Shown here: positions 1 to 9,122 of the stretch, piece by piece
Position numbering within the stretch: position 1 is the first letter of the stretch
Layout of the letters: each line of letters starts with the position of its first letter
IMG/VR virus record: IMGVR_UViG_3300023172_000011
Coordinates: 32,001 to 96,000 of that record
Source: a virus
Length of the DNA: 64,000 nucleotides
Reading direction: 5' to 3' (one strand)
Notes under the pieces: generated by a model
The model's database searches: none
What the model was told of the DNA's origin: nothing
The model's input: the letters and a program-made list of their open reading frames with translations, nothing else
Position numbers and translations under genes: made by a program

Positions 1-2
1 CA

Positions 3-389
3 GATACTGGTGGAACATTTGCTTATGACCAGTCTCAATTTATGATTAGAACTGTTGCAACAAAGATTAATAATCAATCAAACACAGTTCTTCAGGTCAA
101 TGGCACTCCAGAAAATCGCCCTCATACTCTTGTTAGCAATAAGTCGAAGGGTGCAAAGACATCAACTGCTCATAGAAGTGGTTACTGGCGTGCGACTGGT
201 ATTACTGGTCAAAGAACAAATTGGAGCAGTGCTCCTGCAACTAATAATATTAGCTATGTCTTGCCAACTAACAATGCTTCTAATGCTGTTGATCAAGGTC
301 AATTTGTTACATATAGAAGTATTCCGGGTGAACTTGCTTATATGTATGGTGCTATTGATGCTGTATTGAAAGATTATCCAGCTAAGTGA
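3..389 (+). CDS. Hypothetical protein, 5'-truncated; possibly virion-associated (Asn/Thr/Ser-rich)
   Basis: The frame of ORF 42..389 stays open to the window edge (DTGGTFAYDQSQFMIR...). A strong hairpin follows it. Confidence 0.6.
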   Translation, partial: DTGGTFAYDQSQFMIRTVATKINNQSNTVLQVNGTPENRPHTLVSNKSKGAKTSTAHRSGYWRATGITGQRTNWSSAPATNNISYVLPTNNASNAVDQGQFVTYRSIPGELAYMYGAIDAVLKDYPAK

Positions 390-413
390 TTGATTCTTGA
401 CACTTTCTTTTAA

Positions 414-443
414 ACCCCTCTCCCGTAAGGGAGGGGGGTATTT
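414..443 (+). terminator. Probable intrinsic terminator or stabilising hairpin
   Basis: ACCCCTCTCCC-GTAA-GGGAGGGGGGT forms an 11-bp stem (one G-U) with a GNRA loop and a short ATTT tail. Confidence 0.6.
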
Positions 444-448
444 GGAGA

Positions 449-724
449 TTGAATATGAACGCATTACCTTGGACTACAGATCTAGGAATTGTAGGACTGA
501 CTGTTTCTTCGCTGGTTAGCTTACTCTTTTATGTGATCATATCTAGTAACAAAAGAGAAGATCGTAGAAATGCACAGTTTCAAAAAACTATAAATGATAT
601 TAATGAACTCCATCGAGATGAACGTTCAGAATGGAGAGAAGACGCATCTGCTAGACAGGATAAAACTAATCAGGCATTGTCCGAATTAACAAAAGCAATC
701 AATGAAGTTTTAGTGACTAGGTAA
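449..724 (+). CDS. Single-TM membrane protein with coiled-coil tail; holin-like (BhlA/UviB-type architecture)
   Basis: Hydrophobic segment LGIVGLTVSSLVSLLFYVII followed by a charged helical C-terminus. GGAG upstream; the true start may be ATG 455. Confidence 0.5.
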   Translation: MNMNALPWTTDLGIVGLTVSSLVSLLFYVIISSNKREDRRNAQFQKTINDINELHRDERSEWREDASARQDKTNQALSELTKAINEVLVTR

Positions 725-729
725 AAATT

Positions 730-1236
730 ATGAGTCTATCAATAACAGCAACTCCAGTAAACAAAATTTCATATACTCTTGCGTCAACTAATGGTAATCA
801 GACCGTCTCATTATCAGACAGTAAAAACATGAGTGTTGTTTATACGTATGGGTCTGGTGATAAGCAAGTCACCAACGCTGTAACTATAACAGGCGTTTTA
901 ACGTCTGGAGAGTCTACGCAAATTGATCTATACTCAATTAATCAAACTTCTTTTGATGCAACAACCAGCGTAGTTTTCACTGGCGTAAAAAATTTCACAG
1001 TATATAATGAGTCTACCACAGAGGGATACGACTTTGCAGTTCAGGCCACTGGAACAAATGCATGTACAAATTTATTCAATGGAGGAAGTGGCAACCTTTT
1101 AGTAAAACCCTACTCGGCATTTACATACAATGATCCATTCACTGGAGTTAGTGTAGGCTCCAGTCAGAGATATGTTCAATTAGCTGATCAGGGATCTGGT
1201 GTTACTTACAGATTAATTGTTATTGGTTTAGATTAG
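730..1236 (+). CDS. Hypothetical beta-rich protein, possibly structural
   Basis: 168-aa ORF rich in T/S/N/G/V, tightly packed with its neighbours. Confidence 0.6.
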   Translation: MSLSITATPVNKISYTLASTNGNQTVSLSDSKNMSVVYTYGSGDKQVTNAVTITGVLTSGESTQIDLYSINQTSFDATTSVVFTGVKNFTVYNESTTEGYDFAVQATGTNACTNLFNGGSGNLLVKPYSAFTYNDPFTGVSVGSSQRYVQLADQGSGVTYRLIVIGLD

Positions 1237-1246
1237 GAGTTTTAAC

Positions 1247-1453
1247 ATGAATTCAAAAGCGTTTACATTAAACGTAGCCGACCTAGTTGCACTCAGTAAG
1301 AATGCAGGACTTGTTGGCGTTGCAGCAGGACTAACTTATGTTGTACAGAATATTGGTACTGTAGACCTTGGAGCCGCCGGTCCACTTGTGGTTCCAATCA
1401 TAGTAGTAGGTCTTGATACTGTAATTAAGTGGTTAAAAGACAACACAAAATGA
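1247..1453 (+). CDS. Small two-TM membrane protein, holin-like
   Basis: 68 aa with two hydrophobic segments, a basic C-terminus (KWLKDNTK) and an AGGAG RBS. Confidence 0.55.
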   Translation: MNSKAFTLNVADLVALSKNAGLVGVAAGLTYVVQNIGTVDLGAAGPLVVPIIVVGLDTVIKWLKDNTK

Positions 1454-1463
1454 GGTACAAAAT

Positions 1464-1799
1464 ATGGAATCACTAATAGGATTAGGAATGTTATTATTTT
1501 GTGCTTGGAATGGTTTTCAGGCATCAACTGTAGATGGATTTGATTTTACTATACGATGGTATGCTCAAACAATCATTAGCGGTCTTGGAGGACTTTATAT
1601 TATGATTCCAAATATTAAGAGTATTCTGTCTAGTCTTGGCAGTGATAGTCCATCACTGCCAGACTATTCCGACAAATACCAGAAGGATTTTGAATGTCTT
1701 TCTTATCTAAGAGATAGATGTGTCGAAAATGGAAGTAAAGAGGGATTAGATTTAGTCATTCAACTAAACACGATTTTATTTAAAAAGACTTTACCATAA
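1464..1799 (+). CDS. Membrane protein
   Basis: Two N-terminal hydrophobic segments and a GAGG RBS. Confidence 0.6.
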   Translation: MESLIGLGMLLFCAWNGFQASTVDGFDFTIRWYAQTIISGLGGLYIMIPNIKSILSSLGSDSPSLPDYSDKYQKDFECLSYLRDRCVENGSKEGLDLVIQLNTILFKKTLP

Positions 1800-1810
1800 A
1801 AGGAAAAACG

Positions 1811-2266
1811 ATGGGAAAATATCAGTCATTTGCAAATGTCCTTCTAGGATTATTACTATTATATTTCATGTCATCCTTTGCTCTTTCAGGTAAGCTAACT
1901 CCCGAATCAGCACCTCAACAAATTGTAGTTACTGAAACTCAAGAGTTGAAAAAAGTTACAGAAGAGTTTAATAAAATCGAATCAAGAGACGATAGAGTGC
2001 TTATCTATAAACTGTTTGCTGGTGCGGCAGAGTATCTCAGTAACTGCCAGACAATGACTGAAACAGCACAGTTTGATCCACTTCTAGGAAAAGTGCAAAC
2101 TTCCTATGGATGGGATCGCGAAAGATACTCAGCGTTTACAGATGCGGTTTCTAACTATCTTGTTAGCGTAGATTATGACACTCCTAAGAAATTGGAAACT
2201 ATAGATCAACGTAAGGATTTCGCAAAAATCTTTCAAGGTTTAGCAGAGGCAACTAAATATGAGTGA
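1811..2266 (+). CDS. Exported or membrane-anchored helical protein
   Basis: N-terminal VLLGLLLLYFMSSFAL signal/anchor and an AAGGA RBS; overlaps the next gene. Confidence 0.65.
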   Translation: MGKYQSFANVLLGLLLLYFMSSFALSGKLTPESAPQQIVVTETQELKKVTEEFNKIESRDDRVLIYKLFAGAAEYLSNCQTMTETAQFDPLLGKVQTSYGWDRERYSAFTDAVSNYLVSVDYDTPKKLETIDQRKDFAKIFQGLAEATKYE

Positions 2267-3164
2267 CCTATCCCATTTAGGAGGATGGATAAATGATCCA
2301 AAAGGTGTAGATCTAGCAATGCAAGGCTTACCTTTTCCAGTATTTTCTATGCAGCATCAAGCAATAAAAGATACTGGTGCTGGAAAGAAGATGTTACTAT
2401 ATGACATCATTAGAAGGGTTGCCGGAACGTTTCCTGTGCGTACACAGAAAATTGGAGACTGTGTAGCTTTTGGTGCTGCTGGTGCTGTCGATGCTATTAA
2501 ATGTGTAGACATCTACCTTAAAAAAGAACCAGAACTATGGGTAGCAGAAACTGCCACAGAAGATATTTATTGGGGTAGCAGAAACGTTATCGGTAAAGGT
2601 CGATTAGGTAACGATGATGGATCTCTCGGCGTATGGGCGGCAAAATATATTAATGAATATGGCTCAATTCCAAGAGGCAAGTATGCCGATATTGACCTAA
2701 CCACGTATAGTGGCAGTAAAGCAAAGACTTGGGGCAACGCTGGATATAAATTATCTCAAGCGTTTGTAGATATTGTAAAAGAACATCCAGTCGTTACTAT
2801 TTCTCAAGTCAATTCATATGAAGAAGTGAGAGATCTAATTGTTAATGGATATTCTGTAACCATTGCTAGTAATCAAGGATTTTCTTCAACGCGAGATAGT
2901 GAAGGGTTTGCAAGACCATCAGGTAGATGGGCACATCAAATGTGGATCTGTGCTGTTGATGATGAATATAAACGTCCCGGAGTTTGCGTTCAAAATAGCT
3001 GGGGTAAATGGAATGGAGGTCCAAAACGTCACGACCAACCGGATGGATCTTTTTGGGTCGATGCTGACGAGATTGAACGTCGCGTGCTAAAAACTGGCGA
3101 TTGCTGGGCATTTAGCGGGTATACTGGCTTTAAGCCACAGAAACTTAATACGAGGATCATCTGA
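2259..3164 (+). CDS. Papain-like (C1 family) cysteine peptidase
   Basis: Q-x-x-G-D-C (TQKIGDCVAFG), catalytic His in WAHQM, Asn in QNSWG, and downstream GSFW. Confidence 0.85.
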   Translation: MSDLSHLGGWINDPKGVDLAMQGLPFPVFSMQHQAIKDTGAGKKMLLYDIIRRVAGTFPVRTQKIGDCVAFGAAGAVDAIKCVDIYLKKEPELWVAETATEDIYWGSRNVIGKGRLGNDDGSLGVWAAKYINEYGSIPRGKYADIDLTTYSGSKAKTWGNAGYKLSQAFVDIVKEHPVVTISQVNSYEEVRDLIVNGYSVTIASNQGFSSTRDSEGFARPSGRWAHQMWICAVDDEYKRPGVCVQNSWGKWNGGPKRHDQPDGSFWVDADEIERRVLKTGDCWAFSGYTGFKPQKLNTRII

Positions 3165-3844
3165 TGAAAAAGAGCACGATTCTATTACTATTACTACTTG
3201 CTGTATTTTTTATTCCAATTCCAAGTAATGAAAAAACATTTGCTATTGATACTTCAAGAAGTGAGGGATATGTAGCATTTATTGTAAATGGAGACCAAGA
3301 GCCTATTGACAATGAAACAGATACTGCTACAACATGTGAATGCAATGGTGAAAAAGTGATCGTTCATGGAGATGGTCACAAAACACCATGTCAATGTATC
3401 AATTCTGGTGACGGGGTATGTCGTTGCGAAGCTACCGGCAAATCATGGGAGCCAGATAAATCTACTTATCCAGAGGAGGTTAAAAAAAAAGTGGAACAAC
3501 AACCAGATGCTACAGACCAAGCCTTAGCGATAGAATTAAAAAAAACAATCCTATACTTTACCGCCTCTTGGTGCGGCCCCTGTCAAAGATTTAAAGCGAC
3601 GGAATTACCAAAGCTACAAAAGGCCGGTCTATCAGTTGGCGAAGCTAGAAATGGAGTACAGGACGATATGGAAATTGTCGATGTAGACAAGCATCCCGAT
3701 CTCTGGAAGGCCCACAAAAAGAATTCTGCTGGTATTCCATGTTTTATTGTTCTAGACTCGCAAAGAAAAGAAACATTCCGTACTAGCGGATACGTTTCTG
3801 GAATGCATCAAACCCTGCTAAGAGCCTTCAATGCAGCCAACTGA
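3164..3844 (+). CDS. Exported thioredoxin-family protein with a Cys-rich N-terminal domain
   Basis: Signal peptide MKKSTILLLLLLAVFF; CECNG...HGDGHKTPCQC...CRC domain; YFTASWCGPC active site; VDVD and cis-Pro loop GIPCF. Confidence 0.85.
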   Translation: MKKSTILLLLLLAVFFIPIPSNEKTFAIDTSRSEGYVAFIVNGDQEPIDNETDTATTCECNGEKVIVHGDGHKTPCQCINSGDGVCRCEATGKSWEPDKSTYPEEVKKKVEQQPDATDQALAIELKKTILYFTASWCGPCQRFKATELPKLQKAGLSVGEARNGVQDDMEIVDVDKHPDLWKAHKKNSAGIPCFIVLDSQRKETFRTSGYVSGMHQTLLRAFNAAN

Positions 3845-4118
3845 ATATTTTGAAATTGTTCAACAAATCTTTTCACAAGATGGGTTGACAATCGGGCCTT
3901 TAAGGATACAATGTTCTGGAGCCTTATCGGTACAAATTGAAAGCGTGCAGTCCGGAATCAAAATTATTTTTTCTGGTCACAAGCCAAAAGTAACACTGCA
4001 AAAAATTATAACATTTTCAGTGTCTGTAAATGGCATCCATTTTTCTCAAAATGGCGGCGTTTTAGAACTAGATCATTTTCCGGACCTACCTTTCTCGTAT
4101 AATCAAATATTAAAATAA
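3831..4118 (+). CDS. Hypothetical protein
   Basis: 95-aa ORF overlapping the end of the thioredoxin gene; last gene before a terminator. Confidence 0.6.
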   Translation: MQPTEYFEIVQQIFSQDGLTIGPLRIQCSGALSVQIESVQSGIKIIFSGHKPKVTLQKIITFSVSVNGIHFSQNGGVLELDHFPDLPFSYNQILK

Positions 4119-4133
4119 ATACAATTGACATAT

Positions 4134-4169
4134 ATGCCAGCAGCAATAAAAAACTGCTGGTATTTTTTT
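4134..4169 (+). terminator. Intrinsic terminator
   Basis: ATGCCAGCAG/CTGCTGGTAT stem with a 10-nt loop and a T7 tract. Confidence 0.75.
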
Positions 4170-4190
4170 CCACTTTGAAGGACGTTGAAT

Positions 4191-6416
4191 ATGCAAGTAG
4201 TTAAAAGAAATGGTGAATCTGAGGATTATAACGTTGAAAAAATTCACCAAGTGTTAGAATGGGCAACTGAGGGAATTAACGGTGTATCGTTTTCTGACAT
4301 TGAAATGAATGCGGGTCTCTCAATTTATGATGGAATTACTACACAGGAAATTCATCAAACTCTGATCAAATCAGCAAATGATTTAATATCAGAACAATCT
4401 CCAAACTATCAGTATGTCGCATCAAGACTACTTAATATGAACCTGAGAAAAGAAGTTTGGGGTTCTAACAATCCTCCCAACTTTCTGCATTTTATTCAGG
4501 TAAGAGTCGATAACGCTATTTATGATCCAGATATCTTAGATAAATGGTCAGAAGATGATGTAAATAAGATCTCTTCCTACATCAATCATAAACGCGATGA
4601 TCTGTATACTTATTCTGGCCTACAGCAGATGGTGGATAAGTACCTTGTTAAGAATCGTGCAACTGGTGAGATTCATGAGACGCCACAATTTGCATATATG
4701 CTGATTGCCATGTGCCTATTTGACAACTTAAAAGATGTTAAAGAAGCATATGATGCTTACTCTACTTTTAAGGTAAACTTGCCAACTCCTATTATGGCAG
4801 GAGTACGCACTACGATTCGCCAGTTCGCTTCCTGCGTGCTTGTAGATGTTGGTGATGATCTTGATAGCATCTTTGCCTCCGTCCACGCAGTTGGACGCTA
4901 TACCGCACGTAGGGCTGGTATTGGCCTTAACTTTGGTCGTCTACGTCCAATCAACTCACCAATTCGTGGTGGAGAAGTGATTCACACGGGCCTAATCCCT
5001 TATCTGAAAACTTTTGAGTCTACCGTTAAGTCTACTTCGCAAAATGGTATTCGCGGAGGAAGTGCTACAGTTCATATTCCGTTCTGGCATTATGAAATTG
5101 AAGACATTCTTGTTCTCAAGAATAATGCTGGCACTGACGATAATCGGGTTAGAAAGCTGGACTATTCTGTTCAGTTTAATAAACTTTTCTATGAACGACT
5201 AATTAATGGTGAAGATATTACGCTGTTTAGTCCAAACGAAGCTAGGGGTCTATACGACGCTTTTGCGGATAATGAAAAGTTTGAAGAACTTTATGCAAAA
5301 TATGAGCGGTCACGCAGTATTACCTTCAAAAAGAAAATTCCTGCAAAAAAGTTAGCAGAGATTTATGCTCGCGAACGTCTGGAAACAGGACGTATCTATA
5401 GCATGAATATTGATAATGCGAATACACATGGCTCATGGGATGTTCCTGTGTATATGTCTAATCTATGTCAGGAAATCATCCATCCTACTAAGCCGGTTAG
5501 CGATATTGAAGACTCAGAGGCTGAGATTGGTATTTGTATGCTATCTGCCATTAATCTTTTAGAGGTAAATACTGATGAAGATATTCAAACAGCCTGTGCA
5601 GTAGCGATTAGATCTCTTGATTCGGTCATTGACTATCAAGACTATCCAGTTGCTGCTGGTGAAAACTTCACTAAAAATAGAAGATCTTTAGGAATTGGAA
5701 TTACAAATCTTGCCGGATTTTTGGCTAAGCACAAAGTATTCTACCATGATAATGCGGCACTTCATCTTGTTCATGAGATAATGGAGAAAATCCAGTGGCA
5801 TTTACTAAACGAATCTTGTAAACTTGCCGAAGAAAAGGGTACATGTCCAAAGTTTGGTGAAACAAAATATGCTCAAGGATTTCTTCCAATTGATTGGTAT
5901 AAAAAAACTGTTGACAAACTTGTAAACCCTACTTACAATATGGATTGGGAGTATTTACGTGACCAGATCAAGAAACATGGTCTTAGGCATTCTACTGTCT
6001 CTGCTGTTATGCCTTGTGAATCTAGCAGTGTTATCCAGAACAGTACAAACGGAATTGAGCCAGTAAGAAGTCTATTATCATATAAAAAAGCAAAGAATGG
6101 TGTTTTAAAACAGGTTGTTCCAAACTACGCACATCGTAAGAACTATTACAGTCGTGCTTGGTCTATGCCAGATAATCAAGGCATGATTAATATTGCCGCA
6201 GTTATTCAGAAATTTGTTGACATGAGTATTAGTCTTAACCTATACTATAATTATGCGAATTACCCAGAAGGTAATATTCCTTTAAGCGTGTTGATCAAAG
6301 ATCAAGTTTATTCTTATAAGATGGGAATTAAAAACCTGTATTATTGCAATACACCTGATGGAGATGGTGAAACAGAAAAAGAAACAAATTGTGAATCAGG
6401 AGCGTGTGCGATATGA
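4191..6416 (+). CDS. nrdA: Ribonucleotide reductase class Ia alpha subunit
   Basis: N-terminal ATP cone (VVKRNG), PTPIMAG, FASCVL, SNLCQEI, MPCESSS and C-terminal CESGACAI. Confidence 0.97.
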   Translation: MQVVKRNGESEDYNVEKIHQVLEWATEGINGVSFSDIEMNAGLSIYDGITTQEIHQTLIKSANDLISEQSPNYQYVASRLLNMNLRKEVWGSNNPPNFLHFIQVRVDNAIYDPDILDKWSEDDVNKISSYINHKRDDLYTYSGLQQMVDKYLVKNRATGEIHETPQFAYMLIAMCLFDNLKDVKEAYDAYSTFKVNLPTPIMAGVRTTIRQFASCVLVDVGDDLDSIFASVHAVGRYTARRAGIGLNFGRLRPINSPIRGGEVIHTGLIPYLKTFESTVKSTSQNGIRGGSATVHIPFWHYEIEDILVLKNNAGTDDNRVRKLDYSVQFNKLFYERLINGEDITLFSPNEARGLYDAFADNEKFEELYAKYERSRSITFKKKIPAKKLAEIYARERLETGRIYSMNIDNANTHGSWDVPVYMSNLCQEIIHPTKPVSDIEDSEAEIGICMLSAINLLEVNTDEDIQTACAVAIRSLDSVIDYQDYPVAAGENFTKNRRSLGIGITNLAGFLAKHKVFYHDNAALHLVHEIMEKIQWHLLNESCKLAEEKGTCPKFGETKYAQGFLPIDWYKKTVDKLVNPTYNMDWEYLRDQIKKHGLRHSTVSAVMPCESSSVIQNSTNGIEPVRSLLSYKKAKNGVLKQVVPNYAHRKNYYSRAWSMPDNQGMINIAAVIQKFVDMSISLNLYYNYANYPEGNIPLSVLIKDQVYSYKMGIKNLYYCNTPDGDGETEKETNCESGACAI

Positions 6417-7492
6417 AAACGATTTTAAACAAGAAGAATGTCGATTACAGTAACCAGCCTTTGTTTCTTGGCGAAGATCTAGCTCTACAGAGATACGATA
6501 AATTTAAATATCCTGTATTCTTTGATCTCTTTAAAAAGCAGATGGAGTTCTTTTGGAGACCAGAAGAAATTGAATTAAAGAAAGATCGCAACGATTTCAA
6601 GGATGATAATATCATGTCCGAGAATGAGCGGTTTATCTTTACAAGCAATCTTAAATATCAGACTATGATGGATAGTGTTATTTGTCGAGGGGTTCCTACA
6701 CTTCTTGAATATGTATCAAGTCCAGAACTTGAAGCATGTATGAAGACTTGGGAATTCTTTGAGCAAATCCATAGTTATAGCTATACTTACATTATTAAGA
6801 ATGTTTATAACGATCCGTCTGAAGTTCTTGATAGCTGTCTAACTGATAAGGAAATCCTTAAAAGAGCAGACGTTGCTATTAAAGAATATGACGCATTGAG
6901 CAATCTCACAAAGAAAGGATCTACTAAAGATCTAAAGAAACAGATTTATCTTACACTTGTTAGTATCAATATTCTTGAAGCTGTAAGATTTTATGTTAGC
7001 TTTATCTGTGCATTTGCATTTGCTGAAAATAAGAAGATGATTGGCAATGCTGATATTGTTAAATTGATTAAAAGAGACGAGGCATTGCATCTTTACAATA
7101 CTCAAGAGATCCTAAAAATTCTACATAGCGTGGAAGATGAAGGGTTTATTAAAACTGCTAAGGAATGTGAAGAATTGGCCTGCGGGATGTTTGACTCTGC
7201 CGCACGAGAAGAAAAAGAATGGGCCTCTTATCTATTTAAAGATGGATCTATTATTGGGCTTAACGAAACCGTTATGCATCAGTATATCGACTGGCTATGT
7301 CAATCTCGACGCAAGGTAATTGGGCTACCATATGAGACTGGATTAAAGAATCCTATTTCTGGATGGACAGAGCCTTGGCTTAACAGTGAGGCTGTTCAGG
7401 TCGCACCACAAGAGCATGAGATTACATCCTACAAGATTGGTGCAAGTAAGAATGATTTAGACGATATGGATTTTGGAGATTTGGGACTATGA
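6413..7492 (+). CDS. nrdB: Ribonucleotide reductase class Ia beta subunit
   Basis: FFWRPEEI, YQTMMDS, EQIHSYSY (radical Tyr), LEAVRFYVSF, RDEALH, APQE. ATGA overlap with nrdA. Confidence 0.97.
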   Translation: MKTILNKKNVDYSNQPLFLGEDLALQRYDKFKYPVFFDLFKKQMEFFWRPEEIELKKDRNDFKDDNIMSENERFIFTSNLKYQTMMDSVICRGVPTLLEYVSSPELEACMKTWEFFEQIHSYSYTYIIKNVYNDPSEVLDSCLTDKEILKRADVAIKEYDALSNLTKKGSTKDLKKQIYLTLVSINILEAVRFYVSFICAFAFAENKKMIGNADIVKLIKRDEALHLYNTQEILKILHSVEDEGFIKTAKECEELACGMFDSAAREEKEWASYLFKDGSIIGLNETVMHQYIDWLCQSRRKVIGLPYETGLKNPISGWTEPWLNSEAVQVAPQEHEITSYKIGASKNDLDDMDFGDLGL

Positions 7493-7902
7493 CAGACGAG
7501 TATATTCATGTAACAGGATATGTTGATGATTCACCTATTGAGTTTTCAAAAACAGAAGGACTTAAAATGAGACAAGCCAGCGAGAAAGAATTGTTGTATA
7601 ATACAGTATGCGATTTGGTAGACGATATTGTTCAATGGCATTATGATAGAAACTTAATTGATGGAAGTTCTGATAAAGATCAAACACTAAAGCTGCTACA
7701 AGAACTTGGCGAACTTTCTGATAGTGTATGTAAGGGTAAAGATGTCCGTGATGATTTAGGTGATATGATGGTTGTTATGCTAAATATTATGGAGCGTAAC
7801 AAAATTACTCTCGCACAATGTTTAGAAACAGCATATAATGATATAAAGGACCGTAAGGGTAGGATGGTAGATGGTGTTTTTGTTAAAGAACAAGATTTAT
7901 GA
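7489..7902 (+). CDS. MazG-like nucleotide pyrophosphohydrolase
   Basis: QTLKLLQELGEL...DDLGDMMVV...CLETAYNDIKDRKG...GVFVKE, the typical phage MazG-like pattern. Confidence 0.85.
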   Translation: MTDEYIHVTGYVDDSPIEFSKTEGLKMRQASEKELLYNTVCDLVDDIVQWHYDRNLIDGSSDKDQTLKLLQELGELSDSVCKGKDVRDDLGDMMVVMLNIMERNKITLAQCLETAYNDIKDRKGRMVDGVFVKEQDL

Positions 7903-7911
7903 GGTTAAACT

Positions 7912-9111
7912 ATGCCAATTCCACAAAGAAAACCTGATGAAGACAGAACTGATTTTTTGTCCAGATGTATGTCTAATCCAAAAATGAACGAAGAATATCC
8001 AGACGCTTCACAAAGGTATGCCGTTTGTCAACAGTCATCTAAGGCGTCTACTGCTGATCAAGTAAAAGATAACTATTACGATCAAACATTTGGTTCAACA
8101 GAAATCATCACTGATGAATCAAAGATGTATATTCCAGCGGAAGACGAATATTTAGACTTTGGAGAAGAGTCTGAAGATTATTCGATTGCTGTACAGTATG
8201 GCAAACCTCCAAAGAATGATCCAAGAAAAACTCCAGCACCTAAAAAAGATCGAAAGAAGGGTTCCAAAAAGAATAAGCCAGATAGTGCTAAAGATGATAA
8301 GGGTAAAATTACACTAAGCAAAGAAACAATATCTAAACTACAGAGCAAAGTTTCTGAACATAATGCCAAAGTTTCTGAAAAAGGAAAGGGCAGCAAAGCA
8401 ACCCTTGGTCAGCTTAAAGCTGTGTATCGTCGTGGTGCCGGTGCTTTCTCCACAAGTCATCACCCAAATATGTCAAGGGATGGATGGGCTATGGCAAGAG
8501 TTAATGCCTTTCTTTATTTAATGAGAAATGGTAGACCAAGTAATCCTAATTACAAACAAGACAATGATCTTTTGCCAAAGTCGCATCCAAAAAGCACCAA
8601 GGCTGAATATGAAGAAGGGTCAATGCAAGTTGCACAAATTATGAAAATGCACATGCAGCTTATGGAATTAGTAGAAATGCTAGAAACTAAGCCTGTGGCA
8701 TTTGAAGAATGGACTAAGGATAAGATCTCTAAAGCTGAGCATTTTATTGAGGCTATTTTTGATTCAGTTATGTATGCTTCTTTGGATGAAGATAACGATA
8801 ATGATGAAGAAGAAGACGATGTTGAATCATTAATGGCGGAAAAAAAGAAGAAGAATGTTAAACTCAATAAGCCCTTTAGAACTCCAAAGGGTCCAAAGAA
8901 GTTTAGCGTTTATGTTAAAAATGATAAGGGTAATATCGTAAAGGTGAATTTTGGCGATCCAAACATGGATATTAAACGCGATGATCCTCAGAGGCGTAAG
9001 AATTTCCGTGCCCGTCATCAATGCGATACTAATCCCGGTCCTAAATGGAAGGCAAGATATTGGAGTTGTAGATTCTGGGAAGCTAAGAAAAGTGTTACAG
9101 ATTTAACATAA
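7912..9111 (+). CDS. Multi-module basic phage protein, possibly an internal virion or DNA-binding protein
   Basis: Concatenated small modules: MPIP...FLSRCM...QRYAVC; LKAVYRRGAGA...WAMARVNAFL; EEWTKDKISKAE; KKFSVYV...VNFGD...FRARHQC...ARYWSC. Confidence 0.7.
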   Translation: MPIPQRKPDEDRTDFLSRCMSNPKMNEEYPDASQRYAVCQQSSKASTADQVKDNYYDQTFGSTEIITDESKMYIPAEDEYLDFGEESEDYSIAVQYGKPPKNDPRKTPAPKKDRKKGSKKNKPDSAKDDKGKITLSKETISKLQSKVSEHNAKVSEKGKGSKATLGQLKAVYRRGAGAFSTSHHPNMSRDGWAMARVNAFLYLMRNGRPSNPNYKQDNDLLPKSHPKSTKAEYEEGSMQVAQIMKMHMQLMELVEMLETKPVAFEEWTKDKISKAEHFIEAIFDSVMYASLDEDNDNDEEEDDVESLMAEKKKKNVKLNKPFRTPKGPKKFSVYVKNDKGNIVKVNFGDPNMDIKRDDPQRRKNFRARHQCDTNPGPKWKARYWSCRFWEAKKSVTDLT

Positions 9112-9122
9112 GAAGCTAATAC

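Noticed and set aside
4125-4153. Sigma-70 promoter at TTGACA upstream of nrdA
   Set aside because: There is no convincing -10 box at 16-18 bp spacing, and the region is occupied by the terminator hairpin.
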